Assembly (NCBI GenBank): GCA_015233565.1
Contig: JADFXM010000039.1
Span: 3,522-67,521, forward strand
DNA: 64,000 bases
Reading direction: 5' to 3'
From: Candidatus Rifleibacteriota bacterium
GTDB taxonomy: Bacteria; Muiribacteriota; Ozemobacteria; Ozemobacterales; Ozemobacteraceae
Shown: positions 1 to 10,491 of the stretch, in pieces
Position numbering within the stretch: the first letter of the stretch is position 1
Layout of the letters: every line of letters starts with the position of its first letter
Notes under the pieces: model-generated
The model's database searches: none
The model's input: only the letters and a program-made list of their open reading frames with translations
Told to the model about the DNA's origin: nothing
Program-made: the position numbers and the translations under genes

Positions 1-29
1 ATTCCAAGGTGGTCTAAGAGATTCCTTTT

Positions 30-3000
30 ATGAATAATCCGGAAAACCCTCCTGTACAAAATCCATCAGTCGGGCCAAAAATCCTGAATTCAAGAGAAAA
101 TATCAGGCAACTGCTTCTTCGGATGAATAGATTTTCCATTATTTTTGTCATTGTTCTGGCGACTCTTTTTACCACGCTGGTTGAAATAATAATCTTACGG
201 AATTTGATTACTCATCATTTGACTGCCGAAACTGAAATTATTGCAAGAAACAGTGCCGGAGCGGTTACTTTCGGGGATCAAAAAGTGGCAGAAGATATCC
301 TTGCATCACTTAAAGACGTTCCCAATGTTATTTCTGGGAAAATATTTGAAAAAGATGGGACGTTGTTTGCCAAATTTCAATCTGAAAAAAACACAAATCT
401 TGAAATTTCTGATCCTCCTTTTGTTTCGAACCCGGGGGTTTCAGTATCCTTGAAAACCCTTTCTATCATGGAAGCAATTACTTGGAAGAACGAAACAATA
501 GGTTACGTGCAGATTCTTTACGATAACACCCCGGTTGTTTATAGATTTTGTGAAGTACTACTTGCGTTAATAATACTTGGAGTAATAACAATTCTGGTAG
601 CTTCATATATGTTTTCCAGGCAACTGGATTCAATTTCAGACCCAATTTTCCTATTAGTGGGAATCATGCAAGCAATTACTCACGACAAGGATTATTCAAG
701 GCGAGTTCCAGTAGTGGGACCATTAGAAGTCGCAACTTTGGCCGATCGTTTCAACGATCTGTTGCAAACTACCCATCAATGGAGCACCGAAATTGTTTTG
801 CATCGTGAGAATCTTGAAAAGCTTGTTGAGATGAGGACATCGCAATGGCAGACGGCTGTTAACAATCTTCAAGCTGAATTAGAAGAACGAAGAAGAACTG
901 AAGCTGAATTGAGGAAAAAAACAGATGAACTTGCGCTGGTTTCAGAAAATTTATCCCGGTCATTGCAATTTGAAAAACGTTTTCTGGCTAATGTCAGCCA
1001 TGAAATCCGAACTCCGTTAAATGCGATTTTAGGGTTTTCCAATTTTGCTTTGCAAACCAGTCTTACTCCGAAACAATATGATTATGTCAGCAAAATACTA
1101 TTAGCTGGTACTTCTCTACTCGAAATTATTAACGATATTCTGGATTCCTCGAAAATTGAAGCGGGAAAACTGGAAATAGTTTCCCACCCATTTGATTTGG
1201 ATGATGTCATTAACAATACTATAGACATTGTAAGTCATAAAGTACAAGACCGGGGTCTCGAATTCTTTCTGGATATCTCACCGGAAATCCCTTCCAGCCT
1301 TTTGGGCGATTCTTTGAGAATAGGGCAAATTTTATTGAATCTCCTTGGAAATGCAATAAAATTTACTGAAATCGGAGAAGTGGAGCTGAAAGTCGAACTT
1401 TCTGAACGCATGGATGACGGAGTAAAGTTGGTGTTTTCAGTTCGTGATACTGGAATCGGGATGACTGACGAGCAAATGGACAAACTTTTCATGCCTTTCA
1501 TTCAGGCGGATGGCTCCACCACACGCAAATTTGGTGGAACAGGCCTCGGATTGAGTATTTCAAAGCGTCTCGTTGAAATGATGGGAGGGGAAATTTCCGC
1601 TGAAAGCAAGTATGGAAAAGGAAGCATTTTTAGATTTTCCATCTGGCAGAAAGTTGATACTAGTGAGAGATTTCCTCAAAAAACAATTCCCGAAGTACTT
1701 AATGGGCTTCGAATATTGTTAATTAATGAAAACTTGTCGATTCAACAAGCTCTGATGCGGACTTTAAAGCGATTCCCTTTCCATATTTTTGCCATTTCTT
1801 CAACTCAAGCGACTTTGGAAGAGATAAAGAAGCTTGAACTGGACAATCCTTTTAGAATCATAGTGATTGAGAATAAAAATATTTCCGAACACAATATCAA
1901 GTTGATTGAGCAAATCAAGAAAAGTCGTTCCCGGAAAAACGTTCCTTCCATAATCTCCATCCTTTCCTCATTGAGTACAGAAACAAGGGTAAAACTTTCA
2001 GAAATAGGCGTTGACGACATTCTAAAAAAGCCAATCACCAGCTCAACGATTTTTAATTCAATCGTGCGGGTATTATACCCTGAAGAAAAAATGTCAAATA
2101 ATGGGAAAATTTCTGAATGGGGAGAAACGCAGTGTTTTCAGTCCTCCAGGGTTCTTCTTGTTGAAGACAATGATTTCAATCTGCAAATTGCCCAGGAGCT
2201 GCTTGAAAGTTGGGGATTTACCGTTGAAACAGCAAAAAATGGCCGTGAGGCAATTAAAAAAGTTTCTGAAAGCAAGCCTGAACCTTTCAATATGGTTTTA
2301 ATGGATATTCAAATGCCGGAAATGGACGGATTTGAAGCTACCAAACAAATCAGAAAAGATGAACGTTTTAGGAATTTACCCATTATTGCTATGACAGCCA
2401 ATGCTTTTGTGGAAGACAAGGCAAAAGCCCTTGAAGCGGGGATGAATGACCATGTCGGAAAACCAATAGATCCACTAATTTTGAAAGACAAGTTGCATAA
2501 ATTTCTGGCCAAATTTTCGCAATCCTCTCCGCAAGATCTATCAGCTCTTCAATCCTTCTCTCCAATTACTTTAACTGCAATTTCAGGAATTGACGTGCAA
2601 ACGGCGTTAAAACGGCTTAACGGGAACACTGCAAGATATAATAAACTTCTGCTCAAATTTTTGGAAACTAAACAAGTTGTCATTGATGATATCCAGAGAG
2701 CGATTGACACAAAAAACTTTGAACAGATCAGGTTTCTTGCTCACAGTTTGAAAGGAGTTGTAGGAAATCTTGGAATGACCGATCTATTTAAAATATCTAC
2801 AGCGTTTGAGAAAAGTTCCAGCGAGAAAATAGAAACCCAGATAAATGCTCATTGGCAGGAATTGCAAATTTCTTTGAATGAAACATGCATTAAGATCTCA
2901 ATGGAAAAAGTTAAGCTTGAAACCTCGCTTGAAAGCAATGATTCCTTTGTTCATCAAGAGCCGGCATCGGACTCAATAGAATCTCTTTGGAAGCTTGGTG

Positions 3001-3203
3001 AAGGTCTTGAAAAACAGGATTTTGCAGCTTTTGAACAATTTGAAATCATCCAAAAACGTTGGGGAAAGCAGCTTTCCTTCTATTCTGAATTTCAGTTGTT
3101 AGGGCAAAAGATTTCCAGCTACGCATTTGAGGAAGCTTTGGAAGTCTTGAGAAGCCTACTGAACAGGCTAAAAAAGAATGATGAAAAGGTTTCAGAAAAA
3201 TGA
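30..3203 (+). CDS. Membrane hybrid sensor histidine kinase (periplasmic sensor, HAMP, HisKA, HATPase, degenerate REC, REC, HPt)
   Basis: Two TM segments; H-box ANVSHEIRTPLNAI; N-box QILLNLLGNAIKFT; DTGIG and GGTGLGL boxes; REC VLMDIQMPEMDG; HPt AHSLKG. Confidence 0.95.
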   Translation: MNNPENPPVQNPSVGPKILNSRENIRQLLLRMNRFSIIFVIVLATLFTTLVEIIILRNLITHHLTAETEIIARNSAGAVTFGDQKVAEDILASLKDVPNVISGKIFEKDGTLFAKFQSEKNTNLEISDPPFVSNPGVSVSLKTLSIMEAITWKNETIGYVQILYDNTPVVYRFCEVLLALIILGVITILVASYMFSRQLDSISDPIFLLVGIMQAITHDKDYSRRVPVVGPLEVATLADRFNDLLQTTHQWSTEIVLHRENLEKLVEMRTSQWQTAVNNLQAELEERRRTEAELRKKTDELALVSENLSRSLQFEKRFLANVSHEIRTPLNAILGFSNFALQTSLTPKQYDYVSKILLAGTSLLEIINDILDSSKIEAGKLEIVSHPFDLDDVINNTIDIVSHKVQDRGLEFFLDISPEIPSSLLGDSLRIGQILLNLLGNAIKFTEIGEVELKVELSERMDDGVKLVFSVRDTGIGMTDEQMDKLFMPFIQADGSTTRKFGGTGLGLSISKRLVEMMGGEISAESKYGKGSIFRFSIWQKVDTSERFPQKTIPEVLNGLRILLINENLSIQQALMRTLKRFPFHIFAISSTQATLEEIKKLELDNPFRIIVIENKNISEHNIKLIEQIKKSRSRKNVPSIISILSSLSTETRVKLSEIGVDDILKKPITSSTIFNSIVRVLYPEEKMSNNGKISEWGETQCFQSSRVLLVEDNDFNLQIAQELLESWGFTVETAKNGREAIKKVSESKPEPFNMVLMDIQMPEMDGFEATKQIRKDERFRNLPIIAMTANAFVEDKAKALEAGMNDHVGKPIDPLILKDKLHKFLAKFSQSSPQDLSALQSFSPITLTAISGIDVQTALKRLNGNTARYNKLLLKFLETKQVVIDDIQRAIDTKNFEQIRFLAHSLKGVVGNLGMTDLFKISTAFEKSSSEKIETQINAHWQELQISLNETCIKISMEKVKLETSLESNDSFVHQEPASDSIESLWKLGEGLEKQDFAAFEQFEIIQKRWGKQLSFYSEFQLLGQKISSYAFEEALEVLRSLLNRLKKNDEKVSEK

Positions 3204-3259
3204 AGCCCTTTTAAAGTAAATTCAGGAAACCTTGTGAAAATAAGGAGGTTAAACTAAAA

Positions 3260-4333
3260 ATGGTTAAACTGAAATCGAAAATCCTTGTTATCGATGATCT
3301 TCCTTCCAATATTGAAGTCCTGGCTGAACTTTTAAAAACTGATTATGAAATAATTTTTGCAACGAGTGGCAAGAAAGGCATTGAATTAGCTACGAAAGAA
3401 TTCCCTGATCTAATAATTCTTGATGTAATGATGCCGGAAATGGATGGGTTTGAAACTTGCTCACAGCTAAAAAAAAGTGAAATTACAAAAAGCATTCCGG
3501 TAATGTTTGTAACAGCGCTTGGAGAAGAAGTCAGCGAATCACATGGACTTGAAATCGGGGCGATTGACTACATTTCCAAGCCAATCAATCCCGAAATTGT
3601 AAAGACCCGGGTAAAAAATCAAATAGAACTTCAGAAGACAAGCAAAGAGTTGGAACTAAAAAACAGGGAACTGGAGTCATTTTGTTTCGCTGTTTCCCAC
3701 GATTTAAGAGCCCCTTTGCGAAGAATTCAAAGTTTTTCTCAAATTTTGGCGGAAGATTTCAGCGAGAAACTCGATGACAGTGGGCGAAATGTCATAGAAA
3801 AAATTTGCTCCGGTTGCGCTCAAATGGAGGATTTAATCAGCAGTCTATTGCGATTTTCCTTTATCTCAGCAACTGAAATGAAGCAGAACAAATTTGATTT
3901 AAGCAAAATGGCGGAAGAAATCTGTAATACCTTAAATGAGATGGAGAAAAATAAAAATTCTGAGGTTTCGATTACCCCTGAAATGGAGATTACTGCAGAT
4001 TCAGAATTGATTAGAGTCGTTATGACGAATTTACTCAACAATGCCTGGAAATTCACCGGCAAAAAAGATAAGAGGATTATTCAGATTGGTCTGACAACTA
4101 AAAAAGGACTAAATACGTATTTTGTAAAGGATAATGGTGCAGGTTTTGATATGAAATATGCGCATAAAATGTTCGGAGTATTTCAAAGACTTCATGCAAA
4201 AACTGAATTTGATGGAAATGGGCTTGGACTATTTATCACTCAAAGAATCATCGAGAAGCACGGTGGAAAAATATGGGCTGAAGGGGAACTGAATAAAGGT
4301 GCAACTTTCTACTTTGTTCTTCCAACTGAATAA
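3260..4333 (+). CDS. Response-regulator receiver fused to a histidine kinase
   Basis: N-terminal REC (VIDD, LIILDVMMPEMDG, KP); H-box AVSHDLRAPLR; DNGAGF and GNGLGL boxes; AGGAGG RBS upstream. Confidence 0.95.
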   Translation: MVKLKSKILVIDDLPSNIEVLAELLKTDYEIIFATSGKKGIELATKEFPDLIILDVMMPEMDGFETCSQLKKSEITKSIPVMFVTALGEEVSESHGLEIGAIDYISKPINPEIVKTRVKNQIELQKTSKELELKNRELESFCFAVSHDLRAPLRRIQSFSQILAEDFSEKLDDSGRNVIEKICSGCAQMEDLISSLLRFSFISATEMKQNKFDLSKMAEEICNTLNEMEKNKNSEVSITPEMEITADSELIRVVMTNLLNNAWKFTGKKDKRIIQIGLTTKKGLNTYFVKDNGAGFDMKYAHKMFGVFQRLHAKTEFDGNGLGLFITQRIIEKHGGKIWAEGELNKGATFYFVLPTE

Positions 4334-4586
4334 TTTACTTGCAGCACGGATTGGCCGAAATGACAGTGTCGGACTAGCCTGTACGGTAGTCCTTATGGCG
4401 GAAGGGCAGGGGCGTTTTTGCTTTCATTTCCGCAAGAGAAATCCTTGGAAAAATCATCAGAAAAAGACGCGGACTCCCAAAAGGGTCAGCCCAAAGAAAC
4501 TTGGAGAGTGGCACAAATTTACTGATCAGGGGTTGTTGCAGCTTAGCAGTGTTTGTGGTCTTGGGGGGGCAGAACGCAACTTTGAA

Positions 4587-7500
4587 TCAGTCCTTGCCCT
4601 GCTTCCCCTTCAGCTCTAACCATCGCCGCTTGCGAATCCAATAAAATAAAACCGGCAAAAACAAGTCTATCACTTCGTCGGCGATAAGAATTCCACCAAG
4701 TACGGGTGCGGCCATTGGGCGCATTATTTCCGCACCGGTACCCGTTGCCCAGAGCATTGGAGCAAGTCCCAGAATGGCGGTTCCTTCAGTAAGAAGTTTC
4801 GGGCGAAGGCGATGGACGGCGCCTTTCAGAATTGTGTCCTTGAGATCGTCCAGAGAGGTTATCTTTCCCAACCCACCACGCTCGTCAAGTGCCATTCGTA
4901 GGTAGACCAGCATTATTATTCCGGTTTCTGCTGCCATTCCGAAACAAGCGATATATCCAACCCAGACAGCGACACTGAAGTTGTACCCGAAAAAGTATTG
5001 AAACATCACCCCGCCTGCAACTGCCCCTGGAACAGCCATCATCATCAGAAGAGAGTCGGCGAGGTCGTGATAAGTTATATAAAGAATTATGAAAATGGTT
5101 AACGCAACAAGTGGAAATACGAGGGAAAGGGTTCTGCGGGCTCTAATCTGATGTTCGAATTGGCCGCTCCATTCAAGATACATTCCTTGCGGCAGGCTAA
5201 TTTTTGCCCCTATTTCTCGCTGTGCTTCCTCCACGAATCCAACGATGTCACGATCTCGGACGTTAAGCTGGACATAGCTTCGCAGCATTCCATTTTCGCT
5301 TTTGATCATTGCGGGTCCTTCAACGACTGCGATTTCCGCTACTGTGGAAAGCGGAATTTGAAGGATTTTGGCACCAGATCCGGAATTAAGTGGCGTCCCA
5401 GTGTTTGCTTTCATTCCGCTGGAATCACTTCCTGCGGTCGGAGCAGTCATTCCACCACTTCCACTTATAAGAAGCCGCCGGATTTTTTCTTCATCCTCGC
5501 GAAAATCGCGTGCATACCTTATTCGAACTGGAAATCGCTCACGTCCTTCAACAGTGGTCGTAATAACTTTCCCACCCAGCGCGACTTCCACCGTGTTCTG
5601 GATATCTTCGATGGAGATTCCGTATTTAGCGGCTTTCAATCGGTCGGGTCTGATCTCTATGTATCCTTTTCCGACATTTTGATCGGCAAACACGTCTGCT
5701 GCCCCCGGAAGAAGCCTCAAAACTGCGGCAATTTTTTCCGAAACTGTTTGGATTTCGGTAATATCGCTCCCAAAGACTTTTACTCCGATCATAGTTCTAA
5801 CGCCTGTACTCAGCATATCTATACGATTGATTATAGGTTGTGTCCAGATGTTTCCCCAGCCTGGAATTGTCAGCATCTGATCCATTTCACGAATGAGATC
5901 CGGTTTATTTTTCTTCCACAAAAAAACTTGGGATTTAAAACTGGAAACCAGTTGTTTGGTAAATCCATCAGACGCGTCACTTGCAATTTCTTTGATCAGA
6001 ATTCCCTTTTCATTTCCTTTTTTGGAAAGCTCTGAAACAACAATGGAAGTCCAGGCTTCTGCGGCATAATGAAACAATTCTTCATTGATAAGCCTGGTGC
6101 GGTTCTCAAGTTCCACTTTGCGTTTTTCACTTATTTCCTTAAAAAGTGATTGGGAAAGATCTTCACTCTGTTTTCCGGTTACAACGTTGAGAATCTCATT
6201 GAGCGTAGTGAAATAAGTGATTTCAGGAAGACGAAAATCTGTCTGACTAGCAATAATTTCGTGAGTAACAAAATAATCTCTGAATGCTCGGATCATTTTG
6301 TCGGCTTCTTCAAGCCTGATTCCGTTTGCTAAAGGTAAAATGAAAGTTTCCAAGCCTTTTGGAACTTCGGAATAACCTAATGACTCATTATTTACCCACG
6401 CTCCGATTCTTCTGGCGTGTTTAATAAGATATTCCTGAGTGTGGGAAAGTAGGCGCCTTCCAAGTATCGGTGCAAATTCATACTGTCTCTGAATACATAA
6501 ACCACGCATTGCTTCATCGAATCTGGGCAACCCGTCCATCGTTATTTCATCAGCAAGCTTCTCTTTCAGCTCTGTAGAAAAGCTGGCGGCAAGAATTCCC
6601 ATTTGCTGCGCTGTTGAGATTGCTTTGAACACTTGCTTTTGGGCATCTTGTTTCGAAATTTGACGCTTTGTCCAGTATTCCTGCGGTTGAAAATTTATAA
6701 TGGTTTCAATCATATCAAGCGGGGAAGGATCAGTCGGAGTATCTGCACGACCGGATTTGCCAACCACTATTTCGACTTCAGGAACGCTTCTCAACAAAGC
6801 ATCCCTGACTCGGATGTCATCTCCTGCCTCTGTGACTGAGGCGCGAGGAACAGTTATTGGCATTTCCAGAGAAGCCCCTTCATCCAGGGCTGGCATGAAT
6901 TCGCGGCCAAGTCTTCCTGAAAAAAGCCATCCAAAGGCAAGAATAAGTATGAAAAACCAGATGACCAGTTTTGTTCTGTCCATCAGAAGCCGCAACACAG
7001 GTCGATATATTTCTATGACTTGTCGTACAATCCAGCTGTCTTCCTCTTTGCGAAGTCTTCCGCGAATCAGTAGAGGCAGAAGTGCTGGTACCAGGCTGAT
7101 GGATATAATCGACACCCCCAAGAGTGCGAAAACTTTTGTGAATGCAAGCGGGTGAAACATTTTTCCTTCCATTCCTCCCAGTGCGAACACAGGAAGAAAG
7201 GACAAAATCATGATCATGACAGAAAAGAATATCGGACGTCCCACGCTCTGACAAACCGGAATGAGAAACTCGGTGGTATCACCGCTCACAGGCTGATCGC
7301 CAAATTTTATGTGCAGATTGTGAGCGGCATTTTCAACCATTACAATCGACTGGTCAACGATTATTCCAATTGATATGGCAATCCCCGAAAGTGACATGAT
7401 ATTGGAGCTAATTCCGAAAACTTTCATTAAAATAATGGAAACTAAAACCGCCATGGGCAATGCGATGCAAACTGCGATGGAACAACCGAAGTGTCCCATT

Positions 7501-8555
7501 ATTAATAATACAACCAGGCAGGTCACGATCAGTTCTTCTGTGAGAGTTCCAGTCAAAGTGTGGATTGCCCGATTTATCAAAGCTGTTCGATCATAAAATG
7601 GCACAATGGTGACCCCATCCGGAAGACCAGATTGCAGAGAGCGAATTTTTTCCTTCACTCTTTGAATTACCTCAAGTGGGTTCTCCCCGAATCGCATCAT
7701 TACAACTCCGCCAACTGCTTCGTTGCCATCTTTTTCAAGAAAGGACCGCTTAAACTCGGGTCCTAGTTGTACGGTAGCGACGTTTTTTACATATATTGGA
7801 ACACCGTTTTTTTCAGAGATAAATGTGTTTTCGATATCCCGAATGGATTTAATCCATCCGACTGAGCGGATAAGATATTCGGCGTTGCCTTTGTGGATGA
7901 CTCTTCCGCCGACTGAGGAATTGCTTCTTGCGACTGCGCTACTGACCTCTCCAAGGGAAAGAGAAAAAGCACGCAATTTATTGGGATCAATATCGATCTG
8001 ATACTCCCGCGCAGAACCGCCAACCGTAGCTACTTGCGCTACTCCGGGAACAGAATTAAGCTGGTAGCGAACATACCAATCCTGTATTGCTCTCAGTCTA
8101 TCAAAATCTATATTCCTGCCCTCGAGGGTGTACCAGAAAATCTGGCCGAGCGCTGTTGCGTCGGGAGCCATGTAAGGAATGACCCCTGCCGGAAGAAAGG
8201 TATTGGTTGTACTCAGTCTCTCCAGAATTCTCTGCCTTGCAAAATAAAAATCGATACTGTCATCAAAAATAACGTTGATCATCGAAAAATTGAATTCGCT
8301 TGAACTTCGAACTGCCTTGATCCCCGCCAAGCCTTGAAGATTTACCGAAAGGGGAAAAGTTATCTGATCTTCAATTTCCTTTGGGCTTCGGCCCATCCAG
8401 TCGGCAAAAACTACAACCTGATTTTCTGAAAGATCCGGGATAGCGTCAACCGGAGTCAGATATGCAACCCTGATTCCTATAGCGGTCATCAACAAAGCTG
8501 CAACAAATACAATCAAACGATTGCGCATACAAAATCTGATGAATGTTTCAATCAT
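4587..8555 (-). CDS. cusA: CusA/CzcA-family heavy-metal RND efflux pump (Cu+/Ag+ type) with a large periplasmic insertion
   Basis: PVDAIPDLSENQV, MSLSGIAISIG, GMEGKMFHPLAFT and RLRPKLLT motifs; methionines equivalent to the CusA Met triad (LEMP, LDMIET, IDMLSTG). Confidence 0.93.
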   Translation of the reverse strand: MIETFIRFCMRNRLIVFVAALLMTAIGIRVAYLTPVDAIPDLSENQVVVFADWMGRSPKEIEDQITFPLSVNLQGLAGIKAVRSSSEFNFSMINVIFDDSIDFYFARQRILERLSTTNTFLPAGVIPYMAPDATALGQIFWYTLEGRNIDFDRLRAIQDWYVRYQLNSVPGVAQVATVGGSAREYQIDIDPNKLRAFSLSLGEVSSAVARSNSSVGGRVIHKGNAEYLIRSVGWIKSIRDIENTFISEKNGVPIYVKNVATVQLGPEFKRSFLEKDGNEAVGGVVMMRFGENPLEVIQRVKEKIRSLQSGLPDGVTIVPFYDRTALINRAIHTLTGTLTEELIVTCLVVLLIMGHFGCSIAVCIALPMAVLVSIILMKVFGISSNIMSLSGIAISIGIIVDQSIVMVENAAHNLHIKFGDQPVSGDTTEFLIPVCQSVGRPIFFSVMIMILSFLPVFALGGMEGKMFHPLAFTKVFALLGVSIISISLVPALLPLLIRGRLRKEEDSWIVRQVIEIYRPVLRLLMDRTKLVIWFFILILAFGWLFSGRLGREFMPALDEGASLEMPITVPRASVTEAGDDIRVRDALLRSVPEVEIVVGKSGRADTPTDPSPLDMIETIINFQPQEYWTKRQISKQDAQKQVFKAISTAQQMGILAASFSTELKEKLADEITMDGLPRFDEAMRGLCIQRQYEFAPILGRRLLSHTQEYLIKHARRIGAWVNNESLGYSEVPKGLETFILPLANGIRLEEADKMIRAFRDYFVTHEIIASQTDFRLPEITYFTTLNEILNVVTGKQSEDLSQSLFKEISEKRKVELENRTRLINEELFHYAAEAWTSIVVSELSKKGNEKGILIKEIASDASDGFTKQLVSSFKSQVFLWKKNKPDLIREMDQMLTIPGWGNIWTQPIINRIDMLSTGVRTMIGVKVFGSDITEIQTVSEKIAAVLRLLPGAADVFADQNVGKGYIEIRPDRLKAAKYGISIEDIQNTVEVALGGKVITTTVEGRERFPVRIRYARDFREDEEKIRRLLISGSGGMTAPTAGSDSSGMKANTGTPLNSGSGAKILQIPLSTVAEIAVVEGPAMIKSENGMLRSYVQLNVRDRDIVGFVEEAQREIGAKISLPQGMYLEWSGQFEHQIRARRTLSLVFPLVALTIFIILYITYHDLADSLLMMMAVPGAVAGGVMFQYFFGYNFSVAVWVGYIACFGMAAETGIIMLVYLRMALDERGGLGKITSLDDLKDTILKGAVHRLRPKLLTEGTAILGLAPMLWATGTGAEIMRPMAAPVLGGILIADEVIDLFLPVLFYWIRKRRWLELKGKQGKD

Positions 8556-8558
8556 GGT

Positions 8559-10199
8559 TCAATTCCCGTGGTTGGAGAGGTCGACTGACGCAGATTGTAC
8601 TGAGGCCGGCGACAAATTTTCAATTGTTGTGGGCTTTAGGTCGGTATTTCCTATAAAAGCTGCTCCAGCTGCTGGATTTAATCGTGTTTCTGCATCGATC
8701 AGGAATGATCCATGTGCTACAATTTTTTCCCCGGCCTTCAAACCGCTGAAAACTGGATAATAAACGTCTGCACGCGGCCCCAGAGAAACCAGTCTTCCCT
8801 CGTAAATACCTTCGGCCTGTTCAACATAGACTATCTTTCTGGTCCCGGTATCGATCACAGCAGTTTCCGGGACTGCAAGTACGCCACGTGCTGAGGTTTC
8901 CAAGCGATGGGGCTCGAGGTCCATGTCCATGTAAGGTTTGCAGATCGGGCATTTTCCGGCTTTCCCGGATTTCACCTCGGGATGCATAGGGCAGGAGTAA
9001 ACTAAATTTTCATTTGCTTCTACCGGCTTTTCTTTTAATGTAAGTTTCATTAAGCATTTTGGACATTTTCCCGGCTCAGATTGCTCAATTTCCGGATGCA
9101 TTACGCAGGTATAAATGTCTGGTTTATTAGAACTGACTGGCTGGACTATGCCTCGAAATTCGTCGAAATCGCTGAAAACGGCCTGAATGATTGTTGTACC
9201 AAACATTCCAGGTTTCAGTTTCATTGCTGTATTGTTCAGATCGATACGAACGTTTACTGTGCGGGATTCTTTCTCGAATGTCGGATCCAAAAAAGCTACA
9301 GTTCCTGTAAATGACGCGCCTGGATAAGCGGGGGTTTCAAAACGTGCGGATTGTCCGATTCTTATATATGGCATATCGTCTTCAAATACCCGGCATACCA
9401 ACCAGACAACGTTCAGATTTGCCAAGTCAAAAAGGTTCATTCCCTCTTCAACATATTGCCCTTCTATTACTGATTTTTTTACGACAACTCCATTCATTGG
9501 GGAGGTTAGAGTTAAATTGTCAGCACCACCTTTTTTGAGAACTGTTTCAATTTGATCAGGTGTAATTCCCAGATAAAGCAGTTTCTTTTTTATCGCTTCG
9601 GATACACCCCCAAGGGCGCTTCCCTGCTTGCTGTTGGTAAGGAGCTCCTCGAAGGTTGTAATTATTGGTGGGCTGTAAATCTGTGCAAGAGGCTCACCGG
9701 CTTGGACTCCGGCTCCAACAAAGTTTACGAGGAGTTTTTCAATTCGCCCGGGATAACGTGCGGAAACACGTGCAAGTTTACGTTCGTCAAAAACAACTTC
9801 ACCCAGGCTCTCAATTTCTCGCACCAGAGGCTGATATGAGACTGCAGCTGTTTTGATTCCGGCAAGTGAAACCTGGTATGGGGAAATTGTTACACGACCA
9901 GTGATATTTGGTGGTAGCGGAGCGAGCACTCCCTTGGCACGCTTCGAAAGGGGCATTCCACAAATTGGACAGTTACCGTTTTGGGAGCGGATGATGTTTG
10001 GATGCATCGGGCAAAAAAACTCTGTCAATTCCTGGACAATATTTCCAGGTGTTGCTGAGGAGCGAAAAAACCGTTCCCAATAATTTGCTATTGTGTCCCA
10101 ACAACCGACAATCAAACCTGTAATGACTAGTAATCCAACAAAGCGTAAACGCACCTCTATTAATTGCCGCCACATTCGGGGTGTCATTTGCTCTTCCAT
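8559..10199 (-). CDS. cusB: CusB-like RND periplasmic adaptor with three C-x-M-H-P heavy-metal-binding modules
   Basis: CPMHP...CPICGM, CVMHP...CPKCLM and CPMHP...CPICK modules; LKPGMF and LAVPETAVIDTG membrane-fusion-protein motifs; adjacent to cusA. Confidence 0.9.
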   Translation of the reverse strand: MEEQMTPRMWRQLIEVRLRFVGLLVITGLIVGCWDTIANYWERFFRSSATPGNIVQELTEFFCPMHPNIIRSQNGNCPICGMPLSKRAKGVLAPLPPNITGRVTISPYQVSLAGIKTAAVSYQPLVREIESLGEVVFDERKLARVSARYPGRIEKLLVNFVGAGVQAGEPLAQIYSPPIITTFEELLTNSKQGSALGGVSEAIKKKLLYLGITPDQIETVLKKGGADNLTLTSPMNGVVVKKSVIEGQYVEEGMNLFDLANLNVVWLVCRVFEDDMPYIRIGQSARFETPAYPGASFTGTVAFLDPTFEKESRTVNVRIDLNNTAMKLKPGMFGTTIIQAVFSDFDEFRGIVQPVSSNKPDIYTCVMHPEIEQSEPGKCPKCLMKLTLKEKPVEANENLVYSCPMHPEVKSGKAGKCPICKPYMDMDLEPHRLETSARGVLAVPETAVIDTGTRKIVYVEQAEGIYEGRLVSLGPRADVYYPVFSGLKAGEKIVAHGSFLIDAETRLNPAAGAAFIGNTDLKPTTIENLSPASVQSASVDLSNHGN

Positions 10200-10491
10200 T
10201 GATTCTCTCCTCTCAAAGCAAATTGGAATAATCTCTTTAAAAAAGTTTTTTTTTCAATAATACGTACAAATACTAAGAGGAACTTTTTCAAATTCCAAGA
10301 ACCGCATCAAAACAAATTCGGTTTTTGTCAATTTTGCCTTTCTTAGCAACGATACATACCATTGATTTTTTTAGCAATCTTGAATTGGATTTTTTCTCTT
10401 CATAGTATGTCAATAACTGGTGGTTAGTACTAAACTAAACGTTGCAAGTTAACACCATGCCATTGCGAGGCAAACTGCGGTTGAAGTGCAG

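Noticed and set aside
5151-6035. 294-aa plus-strand ORF
   Set aside because: Antisense shadow of cusA with no recognisable motifs.
5919-6671. Intein as the explanation for the CusA insertion
   Set aside because: No Cys/Ser start, no His-Asn end and no LAGLIDADG motifs.
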